A DNA stretch of 64,000 nt, from positions 29,741 to 93,740 of the forward strand of contig NZ_CANLXZ010000013.1 of the NCBI RefSeq assembly GCF_947495285.1. The letters are read 5' to 3'. Shown here piece after piece: positions 30,046-39,901 of the stretch. The translations under genes and the position numbers were made by a program. Origin of the DNA: an uncultured Nonlabens sp. (lineage in GTDB: Bacteria > Bacteroidota > Bacteroidia > Flavobacteriales > Flavobacteriaceae). The notes under the pieces are model-generated. The model was given only the letters and a program-made list of their open reading frames with translations. It made no database searches and was not told the DNA's origin. Position 1 is the first letter of the stretch. Each line of letters starts with the position of its first letter.

Positions 30046-33000
30046 ATGAAAACAAAACTACTTTTATTATTAATGTCTTTAATAACAACTGTGTCAGTGG
30101 CACAATGTGATTATACGTTAGAACTTACCGATAATTTTGGAAGTGAATGGGACTCAGGTGACAACCTGAACGCAAATGCAGGAGTTGACGTGACAATAGC
30201 AGGAACGACAACAACTTATTTGATTATGGATCCAGCAGCAGTTAGCGGTGAGCCAGCTGTAGAAAATTATACCATAACAGTTAATGATGGTGATGCAATC
30301 GATATCGATTATCGAGCACCATTCTTCTCAGGAGATGGTAGCTTTAGATTTATAGATTCAGAAGGTATAGAGGTTTATGCCTCTCCTGCAAATCAAGAGT
30401 CTATGATGGATATCTATGTAGACACAGCAAATTGTCCTACATGTTTTATGGTTTCCTCATTAACCGCTGATAATTTCACGGCTGCAGGAGCACAGATAGG
30501 ATGGACGGCAACCGGTGCAGAAACAGCATGGGAGGTAGAGTATGGGCCAGTAGGTTTTGTACCAGGTTCAGGTACCATAGATAACGCAACTACAAATCCT
30601 TGGATTATAAATGGATTATCTGCCAGTACATCTTATGATGTATATGTGAGAGCTGACTGTGGAATGGGTGATATAAGTAGTAATCAAGGACCTTTAAATT
30701 TTACAACTACAGACTCCTGCCCAACACCTAGTGCTTTTAATCTTATTTCTGAGACAGAAGACACTATACAGTTTACGTGGGATGTAAATGGAAATCTTTC
30801 TACTAATTATGAAATTGAATACGGGCCTTCACCATATGCGCAAGGAGCAGGTGGGACTTCTATTCTTGCTTCCTCAGCACCATTTGCTTCAGTAAACAGC
30901 CTTGCTTCAAATACTTCTTATGACTTTTACATAAAAATAGATTGTGGAATGGGTGACTTCAGTGATTGGGCAGGTCCTTTTACAGCAACTACGTTACAAT
31001 CCTGTCTAGATGTCTCGGCAATAGCTTTTTCTAATATAGAGCAAAACAGTATAGATATCTCGTGGTCTAATGGTGGTACTGAAACAGAATGGGAAATAGA
31101 ATACACTACAGATTTAGGTGTTAATACTTTAGTTAATGCTACTTCTAACCCTTTTACATTAACAGGTCTTTCATCAGGTACTTCGTATGATATTTGTGTA
31201 ACTGCAGTTTGTTCTTCAACAGACAGATCTACGTCGGTTTGTGATAGTATATCAACACCAGCAGATTGTGGAGATACAATTTATGATACTGGTTCTTCAA
31301 CTGGTAATTATCAAAATAATGAGGATTATACAATTACTTATTTTCCAGAAAATGTAGGTGATGTAGTGACCTTAAATTTTACCTCAGTTGATTTAGAAAA
31401 TTGTTGTGATACTTTAGAAGTATTTGATGGTGTAGATGTCACAGCCACTGCGTTTTCAAATGATTTAGAAGAGCCTGCTACTTTCAGAGCAACTAACCCT
31501 GATGGGGCAATAACCATACGTTTTAATTCTGATGTTTCTGTTACAAGAGCAGGTTGGGTTGCAGAATATACTTGTGGAGCACCACCTTCTTGTTTAGAGC
31601 CTTCTGATTTAACTGTGGCAAATGTAACCTTTGAATCTGCACAGTTATCATGGATTTCTGGTGGAAGTGGTGAGGCTTCTTGGGATGTAGAGATTGTTCT
31701 TGCAGGAACAACTCCTACTGGCATTCCAACTGACGTAGTCACTACTAATTCCTATCTTGCTACAGGGCTTTCTATAGCTACATCTTATGATTTTTACGTA
31801 CGAGCTGACTGTGGTACTGGGACAAGTGTTTATATAGGACCTTTAAATTTTGCAACTACTGCTGCTTGTGGAGATATGATTTATGATACTGGTGCTTTAA
31901 CCGATAATTATCAAAATAATGAGGATTATACAATTACTTATTTTCCAGAAAATGTAGGCGATGTAGTAACCTTAAACTTTACCTCAGTTGAAGTAGAAAA
32001 TTGTTGCGATACTTTAGAAGTATTTGATGGTGTAGATGTTACAGCCACTGCGTTTTCAAATGATTTAGAAGACCCTGCTACTTTTAGAGCAACTAATCCT
32101 GATGGGGCAATAACCATACGTTTTAGTTCTGATGGTTCTATTACAAGAGCTGGTTGGGTTGCAGAATATACTTGTGGAGCACCACCTTCTTGTTTAGAGC
32201 CTACTAGCGTGGTAATTGATACAATAGATGCTACTTCAGCAAGTGCTTCGTGGTCTTCCTTAAGTGATGCGACAGTTTGGCAAGTTGAAGTGCAACCTAC
32301 AACTATCCCGCAAGGTACAACAGGTGCGATTTATGAAAATCTTACTTCTACAAATCCTCAAGCGATCTCTGGACTATCACCACAATCTACTTATGATTTA
32401 TATGTAAGAGCTGATTGTGGAGCTGGTGATTTTTCAAGCTGGGTGGGACCGATTACTTTTACGACTTTATGTGGTGTTGTTACTCAATATCCATATGTTA
32501 CAGATTTTATGATGAATGCACCTAATCAATGTTGGAATGAGGCTATAGATGGCGAGATAGTAGACGGGCCTATAGGATTAGGAACTTCAGACTGGAGAAC
32601 TGGTTCTTATGAAAATACAGCAGGTGTTGCTGTGCCTTCTAATACTATAAATCTATGGCAAAACATAGACAGAGAATGGTTGATCTCAGAGCAATTTGAT
32701 ATGTCTGGTTCAAGCAATGATGTGTTAACTGTAGAAGTAGCTGTAACTAATTATTCTTTTACAGGTGTTTCAACTGCTACAGATACGGATTCTATGGGTT
32801 CTGATGATCAAGTAGATTTATTAATAACAACAGATAGCGGGATTACATGGACTTCTTTGATGACGTGGAATCTCGCAAATCAACCAGATGTTACAGGTAC
32901 TAACTTAACTTTTGATCTGTCATCTTATACCGGTACAGTTCAATTTGCGTTCATGGCTAGTGACGGAGATATAGCTGACACTGAGGATTATGACTTCCAT

Positions 33001-33276
33001 GTTGGTGTATTTGAAATAGATGGTACTGCTGGTAATAACGATTTTGAAAAAACGGAATTTACAATTTATCCTAACCCAGTATCTTCTATACTTTATGTGC
33101 AAACTGATGCTTCTCTTAAAAAGCTGATTATTTATAATCTCATGGGACAAATAGTGAGGTCTAGAGAAGTAGAAAACAGAGCAGAAATTAATGTTCAAGA
33201 ATTACCTTCTGGTATGTATCTAATTGAAATGATAAGCGATACAACAACAGAAACTGTTAGGTTTATAAAGGAATAG
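30046..33276 (+). CDS. T9SS (type A CTD) surface protein with FN3 repeats and two CUB domains
   Basis: Signal peptide, FN3 motifs (W..EYG...Y.VYVRADCG), CUB motifs (CCDTLEVFDG, F.SD.S.TRAGW) and C-terminal IYPNPV...LPSGMYLI. Confidence 0.9.
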   Translation: MKTKLLLLLMSLITTVSVAQCDYTLELTDNFGSEWDSGDNLNANAGVDVTIAGTTTTYLIMDPAAVSGEPAVENYTITVNDGDAIDIDYRAPFFSGDGSFRFIDSEGIEVYASPANQESMMDIYVDTANCPTCFMVSSLTADNFTAAGAQIGWTATGAETAWEVEYGPVGFVPGSGTIDNATTNPWIINGLSASTSYDVYVRADCGMGDISSNQGPLNFTTTDSCPTPSAFNLISETEDTIQFTWDVNGNLSTNYEIEYGPSPYAQGAGGTSILASSAPFASVNSLASNTSYDFYIKIDCGMGDFSDWAGPFTATTLQSCLDVSAIAFSNIEQNSIDISWSNGGTETEWEIEYTTDLGVNTLVNATSNPFTLTGLSSGTSYDICVTAVCSSTDRSTSVCDSISTPADCGDTIYDTGSSTGNYQNNEDYTITYFPENVGDVVTLNFTSVDLENCCDTLEVFDGVDVTATAFSNDLEEPATFRATNPDGAITIRFNSDVSVTRAGWVAEYTCGAPPSCLEPSDLTVANVTFESAQLSWISGGSGEASWDVEIVLAGTTPTGIPTDVVTTNSYLATGLSIATSYDFYVRADCGTGTSVYIGPLNFATTAACGDMIYDTGALTDNYQNNEDYTITYFPENVGDVVTLNFTSVEVENCCDTLEVFDGVDVTATAFSNDLEDPATFRATNPDGAITIRFSSDGSITRAGWVAEYTCGAPPSCLEPTSVVIDTIDATSASASWSSLSDATVWQVEVQPTTIPQGTTGAIYENLTSTNPQAISGLSPQSTYDLYVRADCGAGDFSSWVGPITFTTLCGVVTQYPYVTDFMMNAPNQCWNEAIDGEIVDGPIGLGTSDWRTGSYENTAGVAVPSNTINLWQNIDREWLISEQFDMSGSSNDVLTVEVAVTNYSFTGVSTATDTDSMGSDDQVDLLITTDSGITWTSLMTWNLANQPDVTGTNLTFDLSSYTGTVQFAFMASDGDIADTEDYDFHVGVFEIDGTAGNNDFEKTEFTIYPNPVSSILYVQTDASLKKLIIYNLMGQIVRSREVENRAEINVQELPSGMYLIEMISDTTTETVRFIKE
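31266..32202 (+). repeat. Intragenic duplication: 31266-31602 vs 31866-32202 (337 bp, offset 600 bp)
   Basis: Manual alignment gives 20 mismatches in 337 bp (~94%) and no indels. Confidence 0.95.
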
Positions 33277-33295
33277 TTCTCAATAAAAATTATTT

Positions 33296-33328
33296 AAAAA
33301 GGGTCACTTAACGGTGATCCTTTTTTTT
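33296..33328 (+). terminator. Intrinsic terminator of the T9SS gene
   Basis: AAAAAGGGTCAC-ttaacg-GTGATCC followed by T8. Confidence 0.85.
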
Positions 33329-33540
33329 AATTAACATAAGTCTATTTAAAACTATATAAATAATTGCAGTAGATCACGGCTTATAATTAATTTGTCTATG
33401 CATGTAATGCTTGTTATTGCAAGTTTGAATGCTCTACCACAAAACAGCTGTCGATAGTAATTAAGTAATAATTATTTTAATCATTCTTTTACTACGATTA
33501 ACTTATTCTAAGGTATTTATATAATGTCGTATGTATTTAT

Positions 33541-33790
33541 ATACGTAAAAAACGGCATATTCAGATATCAAAAAATCAATTATCGAACTCAAAACACTCT
33601 TCGGTAAAAAGACCAGTCTTAAGAAGGAAAAGCGGTTGAAGAGTTTCTTATTAATAAAGAATGGGAAATTTAAGACTCGCCAGGAAGCAGCAGATAGTGT
33701 CTTTGTCCATATTATATTTTAGAGCGCTGGTTAAGTAATTATAAGGAAGGTGGTATGGAGCTGATGATTACAGATAAACCAAATTAAAGT
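33541..33790 (+). pseudogene. Frameshifted N-terminal HTH fragment of an IS630-like transposase
   Basis: Joining frames gives (I)RKKRHIQ/IKKSIIELKTLFGKKTSLKKEKRLKSFLLIKNGKFKTRQEAADSVFVH../LERWLSNYKEGGMELMITDKP, the HTH pattern of Bacteroidetes IS630 ORFs (from memory). No catalytic domain follows. Confidence 0.6.
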
Positions 33791-34024
33791 TGCCATATTT
33801 TTTAACTATAAGCACAAAGTTGAGCTCATTTAAATACCATATTTCTCTTAAGCTTCAACTCTTTTAAGTGATCCATGTTTTTTTTCATGGATATCTTCAA
33901 GTTTAAAAGAAATTAAGTAAACCTTTTTGCAGCTTTTACATATCCAGTCTTTTCAGTAGTTTTTATTACACTTGTGTCTGTGTACATCATTATTCTAGGG
34001 CGGGACTTCCAGTCATATAAAATA

Positions 34025-34057
34025 AAAAGGTCACTCTTTACAGAATGGCCTTTTTTT
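34025..34057 (+). terminator. Hairpin plus T7 tract just upstream of the GT2 promoter
   Basis: AAAAGGTCACTCT-ttac-AGAATGGCC-TTTTTTT. Confidence 0.55.
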
Positions 34058-34076
34058 ATTGACTATTTTTGACAGC

Positions 34077-35078
34077 GTGAACGCTATTTACTACTCTATT
34101 ATTATTCCTGTTTTCAATAGGCCAGACGAGATTGAAAAACTTCTCCATAGTATTTCTGTTTTAAAATTTGACGATAAATTTGAGGTGGTTGTTATAGAAG
34201 ATGGTTCTACTTTGAGTAGTGAGGCTGTTTGTTCTCGCTTTCGCGAAAGCGTAAACATCAACTATCTTTTTAAATCTAATTCTGGCCCAGGAGATTCTAG
34301 AAATTATGGCATGCGTAATGCTGTAGGAGATTATTTCTTAATTCTAGACAGCGATTGTATACTTCCAGAAGATTATTTAAAGAATGTGGATAGGTATTTA
34401 AAGCAAAATTATGTAGACTGTTTTGGAGGTCCTGATGCCGCGCATGATACATTTACTGATTTACAAAAATCTATAAATTATTCAATGACTTCTTTTCTTA
34501 CCACTGGTGGTATAAGAGGTGGAGGAGAGCAGCTAGGTAAATTCCAGCCTCGCAGCTTTAACATGGGAATAAGTAAAAAGGCATTTATTGCCACGGGAGG
34601 TTTTGGTAAGATTCATCCTGGTGAAGATCCAGATTTAAGTATTAGATTATGGAATAAAGGTTTTAAAACGGTCTTAATTAAGGATGCTTACGTCTATCAT
34701 GAAAGACGTATCTCATGGAAATTATTTTATAGGCAGGTAAATAAATTTGGTAAAGTGAGGGTAATCTTGAATAAATGGCATCCAGAGACTAGAAAAATAA
34801 CCTATTGGTTTCCTACCTTATTTAGTTTGTTTTTTATTATTTCTTTAATCTTAAGCATATTAGGGTATGGTTTACCTATATTTTTGTATTTCATTTATAT
34901 AGTAGCTATTTTTATACATGCAAGTATTAAAAATGGATTAAAAGTAGGTTTAGGGGCGACTATAGCAGCTATGATTCAGCTAGTAGGTTACGGCACTGGT
35001 TTTCTATATTCTTGGTTTAAGATTTATGTTTTAGGTGTAGATGAGAGAAAAGCGTTTCCAAAACTTTTTTTCAATTAA
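34077..35078 (+). CDS. Glycosyltransferase family 2
   Basis: SIIIPVFNR, EDGS, LDSDC and GEDPDL motifs. Start moved to the in-frame GTG 34077 because the track TTG lies upstream of the -7 element TATTTTTG (34064-34071). Confidence 0.9.
   Translation: MNAIYYSIIIPVFNRPDEIEKLLHSISVLKFDDKFEVVVIEDGSTLSSEAVCSRFRESVNINYLFKSNSGPGDSRNYGMRNAVGDYFLILDSDCILPEDYLKNVDRYLKQNYVDCFGGPDAAHDTFTDLQKSINYSMTSFLTTGGIRGGGEQLGKFQPRSFNMGISKKAFIATGGFGKIHPGEDPDLSIRLWNKGFKTVLIKDAYVYHERRISWKLFYRQVNKFGKVRVILNKWHPETRKITYWFPTLFSLFFIISLILSILGYGLPIFLYFIYIVAIFIHASIKNGLKVGLGATIAAMIQLVGYGTGFLYSWFKIYVLGVDERKAFPKLFFN
34236..34251. repeat. 16-bp palindrome, exact, inside the GT2 gene (RFRES)
   Basis: Read directly. Confidence 0.97.
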
Positions 35079-35087
35079 TAGACGAGA

Positions 35088-36014
35088 ATGAGGTATAAAA
35101 AATATATAGGTTTTCCACTAGTTGTTATCGCTGTGGCTAGTTTGTGGTTTATATCAAAGTATAAAGATGTTTATAAGGAAGAGATAGAATTTAATGTTAG
35201 TTTTATAAATGTACCAGAAGATGTAGTTATAAGTTCTACAGTTAATGAATTGAAAATTCCTATTGAGATAAGTGCTAGTGGGTTTACTCTTATATGGGAA
35301 AAAACTTTTGGACATAGTCTGCTTCTAGACTTTAAGAAAAATACATATAGTAGAAATGATTCCTTGTTTTTTAATCCATCCAGGAGTTTAAAAAACATGA
35401 AACGTTCTAAAGAGATTTCTTATGAGATTCTTAATATTGAAGATCAAGAGATTTCTATTGATATGAAACGGTTTGATTCTAAAAGAGTGCCTCTCGTTAA
35501 TAATTTAAAAATTGAATATAGTTCAAATTATGTAGCTATAAAAGATCCTGCTTTTACAGTAGACAGTGTTACCGTAACTGGAAATGACGCTGCAGTAGCT
35601 GCTCTTAAAGAAATAAAAGTAAGCGGTGAACCAATAATGGTTAAGGATTCTATAACTTCTATCAATGTGAATCTTAATGAATCATATCCCGACTTGAGAT
35701 TTAATAATGCTCATGTTACCCTATCTATAGTCGCTACTGAGATGACAGAAGGTAGTGTAGAATCTTATGTGCATTTAATTAATGCACCTATCGATGCAGA
35801 GATTAAGCTTATACCTGAAAAAGTGACTGTGGTTTATTCTACTCCGATAGCTCATTTTGATAAGATAAAAGATAGTGACGTTAGGGTAATAGTTGATTAT
35901 AAACAGGTAAATGATCTTAATACAGCAATAATTCCGGAGGTGAAATTAATGAATCCAAATATGGTTTCTTCTCGTATTTCTCCTAAACAAATTCAAGTTC
36001 TAACTATTAAGTAA
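35088..36014 (+). CDS. YbbR/CdaR-like domain protein
   Basis: N-terminal TM anchor, repeated beta domains (SVTVTG, IPEKVTV) and conserved position before coaE. Confidence 0.7.
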   Translation: MRYKKYIGFPLVVIAVASLWFISKYKDVYKEEIEFNVSFINVPEDVVISSTVNELKIPIEISASGFTLIWEKTFGHSLLLDFKKNTYSRNDSLFFNPSRSLKNMKRSKEISYEILNIEDQEISIDMKRFDSKRVPLVNNLKIEYSSNYVAIKDPAFTVDSVTVTGNDAAVAALKEIKVSGEPIMVKDSITSINVNLNESYPDLRFNNAHVTLSIVATEMTEGSVESYVHLINAPIDAEIKLIPEKVTVVYSTPIAHFDKIKDSDVRVIVDYKQVNDLNTAIIPEVKLMNPNMVSSRISPKQIQVLTIK

Positions 36015-36611
36015 ATGAAGATAATAGGGTTAACAGGTGGTATAGGTAGTGGTAAAACTACAGTAGCAAAGGAATTTGAAAAACTAAATATACCCCTTTT
36101 TATAGCAGACAATGTTTCTAAAATGCTACTTGCTACCGATGAAACCGTTATAGACGCTGTTACAACTATGCTAGGAGAAAGATCTTATTACACTGATAAT
36201 AAAGGGGAATTAGTACCTAATAAAAAATTCATAGCTTCAAAGGTTTTTAATGATCCAGAATTATTAAAATCTTTAAATAAGATACTTCATCCTGCTGTTA
36301 GACACTATTTTGATACCTGGATAAAAGAACAAAAAGCTCCCTATGTAATTTATGAAGCTGCTATATTATTTGAGACTAATGGAAATGAATTTTGCGATCA
36401 TGTTATTTTAGTAACTGCATCTTTAAAAGAAAGATATCGCAGAGTAATGGCTCGAGATAAAGTGTCTGAAAAAGAGGTGAGATTGAGGATGAGTAAACAA
36501 TGGTCTGATTCTCAAAGAATAATATTAAGTGATTTTGTTATAGTAAATGAAGATCTTCAAAAATTAAAGGGTTTTGTGAGAAGTATTCACGATGTTTTGT
36601 TAAAAAATTAG
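36015..36611 (+). CDS. coaE: Dephospho-CoA kinase
   Basis: GLTGGIGSGKT, LNKILHP and EAAILFE motifs. Confidence 0.97.
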   Translation: MKIIGLTGGIGSGKTTVAKEFEKLNIPLFIADNVSKMLLATDETVIDAVTTMLGERSYYTDNKGELVPNKKFIASKVFNDPELLKSLNKILHPAVRHYFDTWIKEQKAPYVIYEAAILFETNGNEFCDHVILVTASLKERYRRVMARDKVSEKEVRLRMSKQWSDSQRIILSDFVIVNEDLQKLKGFVRSIHDVLLKN

Positions 36612-36688
36612 AGACGATTGTTAATTTTACAAAGTTAATATATGGTTAAAGAGTTTTTAACACTTTGGCTATATGTTAAATTTGCACT

Positions 36689-38248
36689 GTGCAGAAACGA
36701 GTTTTATATTCATTAATAGCTTTGATGAGCTTATCCCTAGCAGGTATTGTTATGGTCCAGTTGTACTGGATTGTTAATAGTGTTAATGATAAGGAAGATC
36801 AATTTTCATTTGCGGTTAGTCAGACGCTAGTTTCTGTATCTTCAGAACTGGATAACCGTGAGGTAGAAAAAGTATATAATGTTTTAGATCATATTAGAGA
36901 TAGTCTAGGTGTGCAGCCAGATTCTAGAACCATAAGTGAATTAATGCTTATCCAGCGCAATCAAAATCTAGATGAAAGGTCTGCATACAGTAATAGTTTA
37001 ATAAATGAGAACTATAAGTTGAATCCTCAATTATTGGATCTAGATCTAGATAGTCTTACTTTTAATCAACTTCTCAATAAAAAGAGCTCGTTAATTAAAG
37101 GCTCTGATTCTATAAAGAAAAAGAAAACCCTTAAAGAGTTATCGCAGTTAGATAAATATAAAAAGGAACTAGATGCTGAAATTATAAGTAATTATAATAG
37201 CTTACTTCCTATTTCTCAACGTGTAAGTATAGAAGAATTACAGTCTATTATTAAAGAAGAGTTAGTAAATCGATCTATAAAGACCGATTTTGAGTTTGCT
37301 ATCTATCAAGATGGATTTGCTACACGTATACAGTCAGATGACTTTGATTTTATTCCTAGTGGTACATGGGCTTATTCTATTTATAAGAATAGTAATTTAG
37401 ATACAGAGCCTTATGAGTTGTACATAAGTATGCCAGATAGAAAAATTTACATTCTTTCTTCTATTACAGGTATGGCTTTATTGTCTCTTATATTCACCAC
37501 AGTAATAGTTGTAGCTTATTCTAACGCCATTAAACAAATTTATAAGCAAAGACAAATATCTCAAATAAAAACAGATTTTATAAATAACATGACGCATGAG
37601 TTTAAGACACCTATAGCTACCATTAATTTAGCTCTAGATTCCTTAAAGCATCCTAAAATATCTTCAGACCCTGAGAAAGTAGCAAACTACCATAGAATGA
37701 TACGTGAAGAAAATAAGCGCATGCACAGTCAGGTAGAGAATGTCTTGCGCATTTCTAAACTAGAGAAAGATAATTTAAACATAGATAAAGAACGTCATGA
37801 TATGGATGATATCATGATAGACGCTATCTCCCATATTCAATTGATACTAGAAGAAAGAGGTGGTGTGGTAAAAACTCATTTTGGAGCTTTGAGAACAGAG
37901 GTTCTAGTTAACGAGAGTCATATTACTAATGTTATAGTAAACGTTTTAGAGAATGCTATCAAATACACAGAGGGCAGTCCTATTATAGATGTATTTACAG
38001 AAAATGTAAAAGATAAGCTTGTAATCAAAATAAGAGATCAAGGAATAGGAATGAGTAAGCAAGCGCAACGTAAAGTATTTCAAAAGTTTTTTAGAGAACA
38101 TACTGGAGATATTCACAATGTAAAAGGACACGGTCTAGGTCTAGCTTATTCAAAAAGAATTTTAGACGATTGTAATGGAGAAATCCATGTGGAGAGCACA
38201 AAAGGTAAGGGTAGTACATTTAGTATTCATTTACCTGTAATAACATAA
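36689..38248 (+). CDS. rprX: Sensor histidine kinase (RprX-like)
   Basis: Two TM helices, HEFKTP H-box, NAIKY, DQGIG and GHGLGL boxes; GTG start 4 nt after TAAATTTG. Confidence 0.9.
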   Translation: MQKRVLYSLIALMSLSLAGIVMVQLYWIVNSVNDKEDQFSFAVSQTLVSVSSELDNREVEKVYNVLDHIRDSLGVQPDSRTISELMLIQRNQNLDERSAYSNSLINENYKLNPQLLDLDLDSLTFNQLLNKKSSLIKGSDSIKKKKTLKELSQLDKYKKELDAEIISNYNSLLPISQRVSIEELQSIIKEELVNRSIKTDFEFAIYQDGFATRIQSDDFDFIPSGTWAYSIYKNSNLDTEPYELYISMPDRKIYILSSITGMALLSLIFTTVIVVAYSNAIKQIYKQRQISQIKTDFINNMTHEFKTPIATINLALDSLKHPKISSDPEKVANYHRMIREENKRMHSQVENVLRISKLEKDNLNIDKERHDMDDIMIDAISHIQLILEERGGVVKTHFGALRTEVLVNESHITNVIVNVLENAIKYTEGSPIIDVFTENVKDKLVIKIRDQGIGMSKQAQRKVFQKFFREHTGDIHNVKGHGLGLAYSKRILDDCNGEIHVESTKGKGSTFSIHLPVIT

Positions 38249-38264
38249 TTTAAATTAATTACTT

Positions 38265-38981
38265 ATGGAAACTGAGAATAAAAAAATACTTCTTGTAGAA
38301 GATGACCCAAATTTTGGAACTGTATTAAAAGATTATCTTTTAATGAATGACTTTGATGTTACACATGCTAAAAACGGTATGGAAGGGTTTGAAAAATTTA
38401 AGAAAGATAACTATGATCTATGTATTCTTGATGTAATGATGCCATATAAAGATGGTTTTACACTTGCAAAAGAGATTAGAGAAAAAAATGAAGAAGTACC
38501 TATCATTTTCTTAACCGCAAAGGCGATGAAAGAAGATGTATTAAGAGGTTATAAAGTAGGAGCAGATGACTATCTTAACAAGCCTTTTGATAGTGAAGTG
38601 CTACTTATGAAGATAAGAGCAATCATGCAGCGTAAAGGACAAGATAGTCTAGCAGATTCAAAAGAATTTGAATTTCAAATAGGTAGTTTCCATTTGAATT
38701 CTAAATTAAGATTCTTATCAGTTGGTGAAAATGAACCTGTAAAACTCTCCCCTAAGGAGAATGAATTATTACGTTTACTTGCACTGCACCTTAACGATCT
38801 AATGCCTAGAGAACTAGCATTAACAAAAATATGGAGAGATGATAATTACTTTACGTCTAGATCTATGGATGTTTATATAGCAAAGTTGCGTAAATATCTT
38901 AAAGAAGATGATAATGTAGAGATCGTTAACATACATGGAGAAGGTTTCCGTTTGTTAGTTAAAGATCAAGTAGATTATTAA
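38265..38981 (+). CDS. rprY: OmpR-family response regulator (RprY-like)
   Basis: LDVMMP and KPFD receiver motifs; RSMDVYIAKLRK winged helix. Confidence 0.92.
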   Translation: METENKKILLVEDDPNFGTVLKDYLLMNDFDVTHAKNGMEGFEKFKKDNYDLCILDVMMPYKDGFTLAKEIREKNEEVPIIFLTAKAMKEDVLRGYKVGADDYLNKPFDSEVLLMKIRAIMQRKGQDSLADSKEFEFQIGSFHLNSKLRFLSVGENEPVKLSPKENELLRLLALHLNDLMPRELALTKIWRDDNYFTSRSMDVYIAKLRKYLKEDDNVEIVNIHGEGFRLLVKDQVDY

Positions 38982-39901
38982 TTAAGATTGTTTCTCATAA
39001 GTAAAACATTAACTCGCTCTACAATTTCTGTATGGCGAGTTTTGTAATGATACCATTTTACAGAGATATCCTTGCGATACCAGGTTAATTGACGTTTTGC
39101 AAATCTACGAGTATTGCGTTTTATTAATCGCACCGCTTCTTCATAACCATGCTCTTTATTAAAGAACCCAAAAAATTCTTTATAACCTACAGTTTGTAAA
39201 GCATTAAGTTCTTGGTGGGCTATAAGTTGGCGAGCTTCTTCTTCAAGTCCTCTCTCTAACATGATGTCCACACGACGATTTATGCGATCATAAAGATCTT
39301 CACGACTGGCCTCGAGTCCTATTTTTATGACTTTAAAATCTCGTTGTTGAGCAGTTCCAGATCTTAAGTCACTCATTTTTTTGCCGCTAGCGCGATATAT
39401 TCCTACGGCTCTAAGTAATCTATGAGCATTGTGAATATCTACCGTGCTGTAATACTCTGGATCTATGTGTTCTAATTCTTTTTGTAACCAGGTAATTCCT
39501 TTAATCTCAAATTCTTCTCTCAAGAAATCTTGAATCTCTATGGAAACATCAGGAAATATATCTAGTCCATGAGTAACTGCCTTTTCATAAAGTGCACTAC
39601 CACCTACCATAACAACGACATCATTTTTCTCAAAAAGAGTTGGTAATAGATCCATTACATCTCTTTCAAAATCTCCTACAGAATAATCATCCAGAATACT
39701 TCTATCCTGAATAAAATAGTGAGTTGCAGCTGCCAGTTCTTCTGGTTCTGGGACAGCAGTTCCTATGGTCATTTCTTTATAAAACTGTCTGGAGTCTGAC
39801 GATATGATGGATGTGTTGTACGCTTTCGCGAAAGCGATACTCAAAGCAGTCTTTCCTATTCCAGTAGGGCCTACGATACATAGTAGAGTCTTGTTATTCA
39901 T
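38978..39901 (-). CDS. miaA: tRNA dimethylallyltransferase
   Basis: GPTGIGKT, DSRQFY, GGSALY and TRRFAKRQLTW motifs. Confidence 0.97.
   Translation of the reverse strand: MNNKTLLCIVGPTGIGKTALSIAFAKAYNTSIISSDSRQFYKEMTIGTAVPEPEELAAATHYFIQDRSILDDYSVGDFERDVMDLLPTLFEKNDVVVMVGGSALYEKAVTHGLDIFPDVSIEIQDFLREEFEIKGITWLQKELEHIDPEYYSTVDIHNAHRLLRAVGIYRASGKKMSDLRSGTAQQRDFKVIKIGLEASREDLYDRINRRVDIMLERGLEEEARQLIAHQELNALQTVGYKEFFGFFNKEHGYEEAVRLIKRNTRRFAKRQLTWYRKDISVKWYHYKTRHTEIVERVNVLLMRNNLN
39821..39836. repeat. 16-bp palindrome, exact, inside miaA (AFAKA, in the helix after the P-loop)
   Basis: Read directly. Confidence 0.97.
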
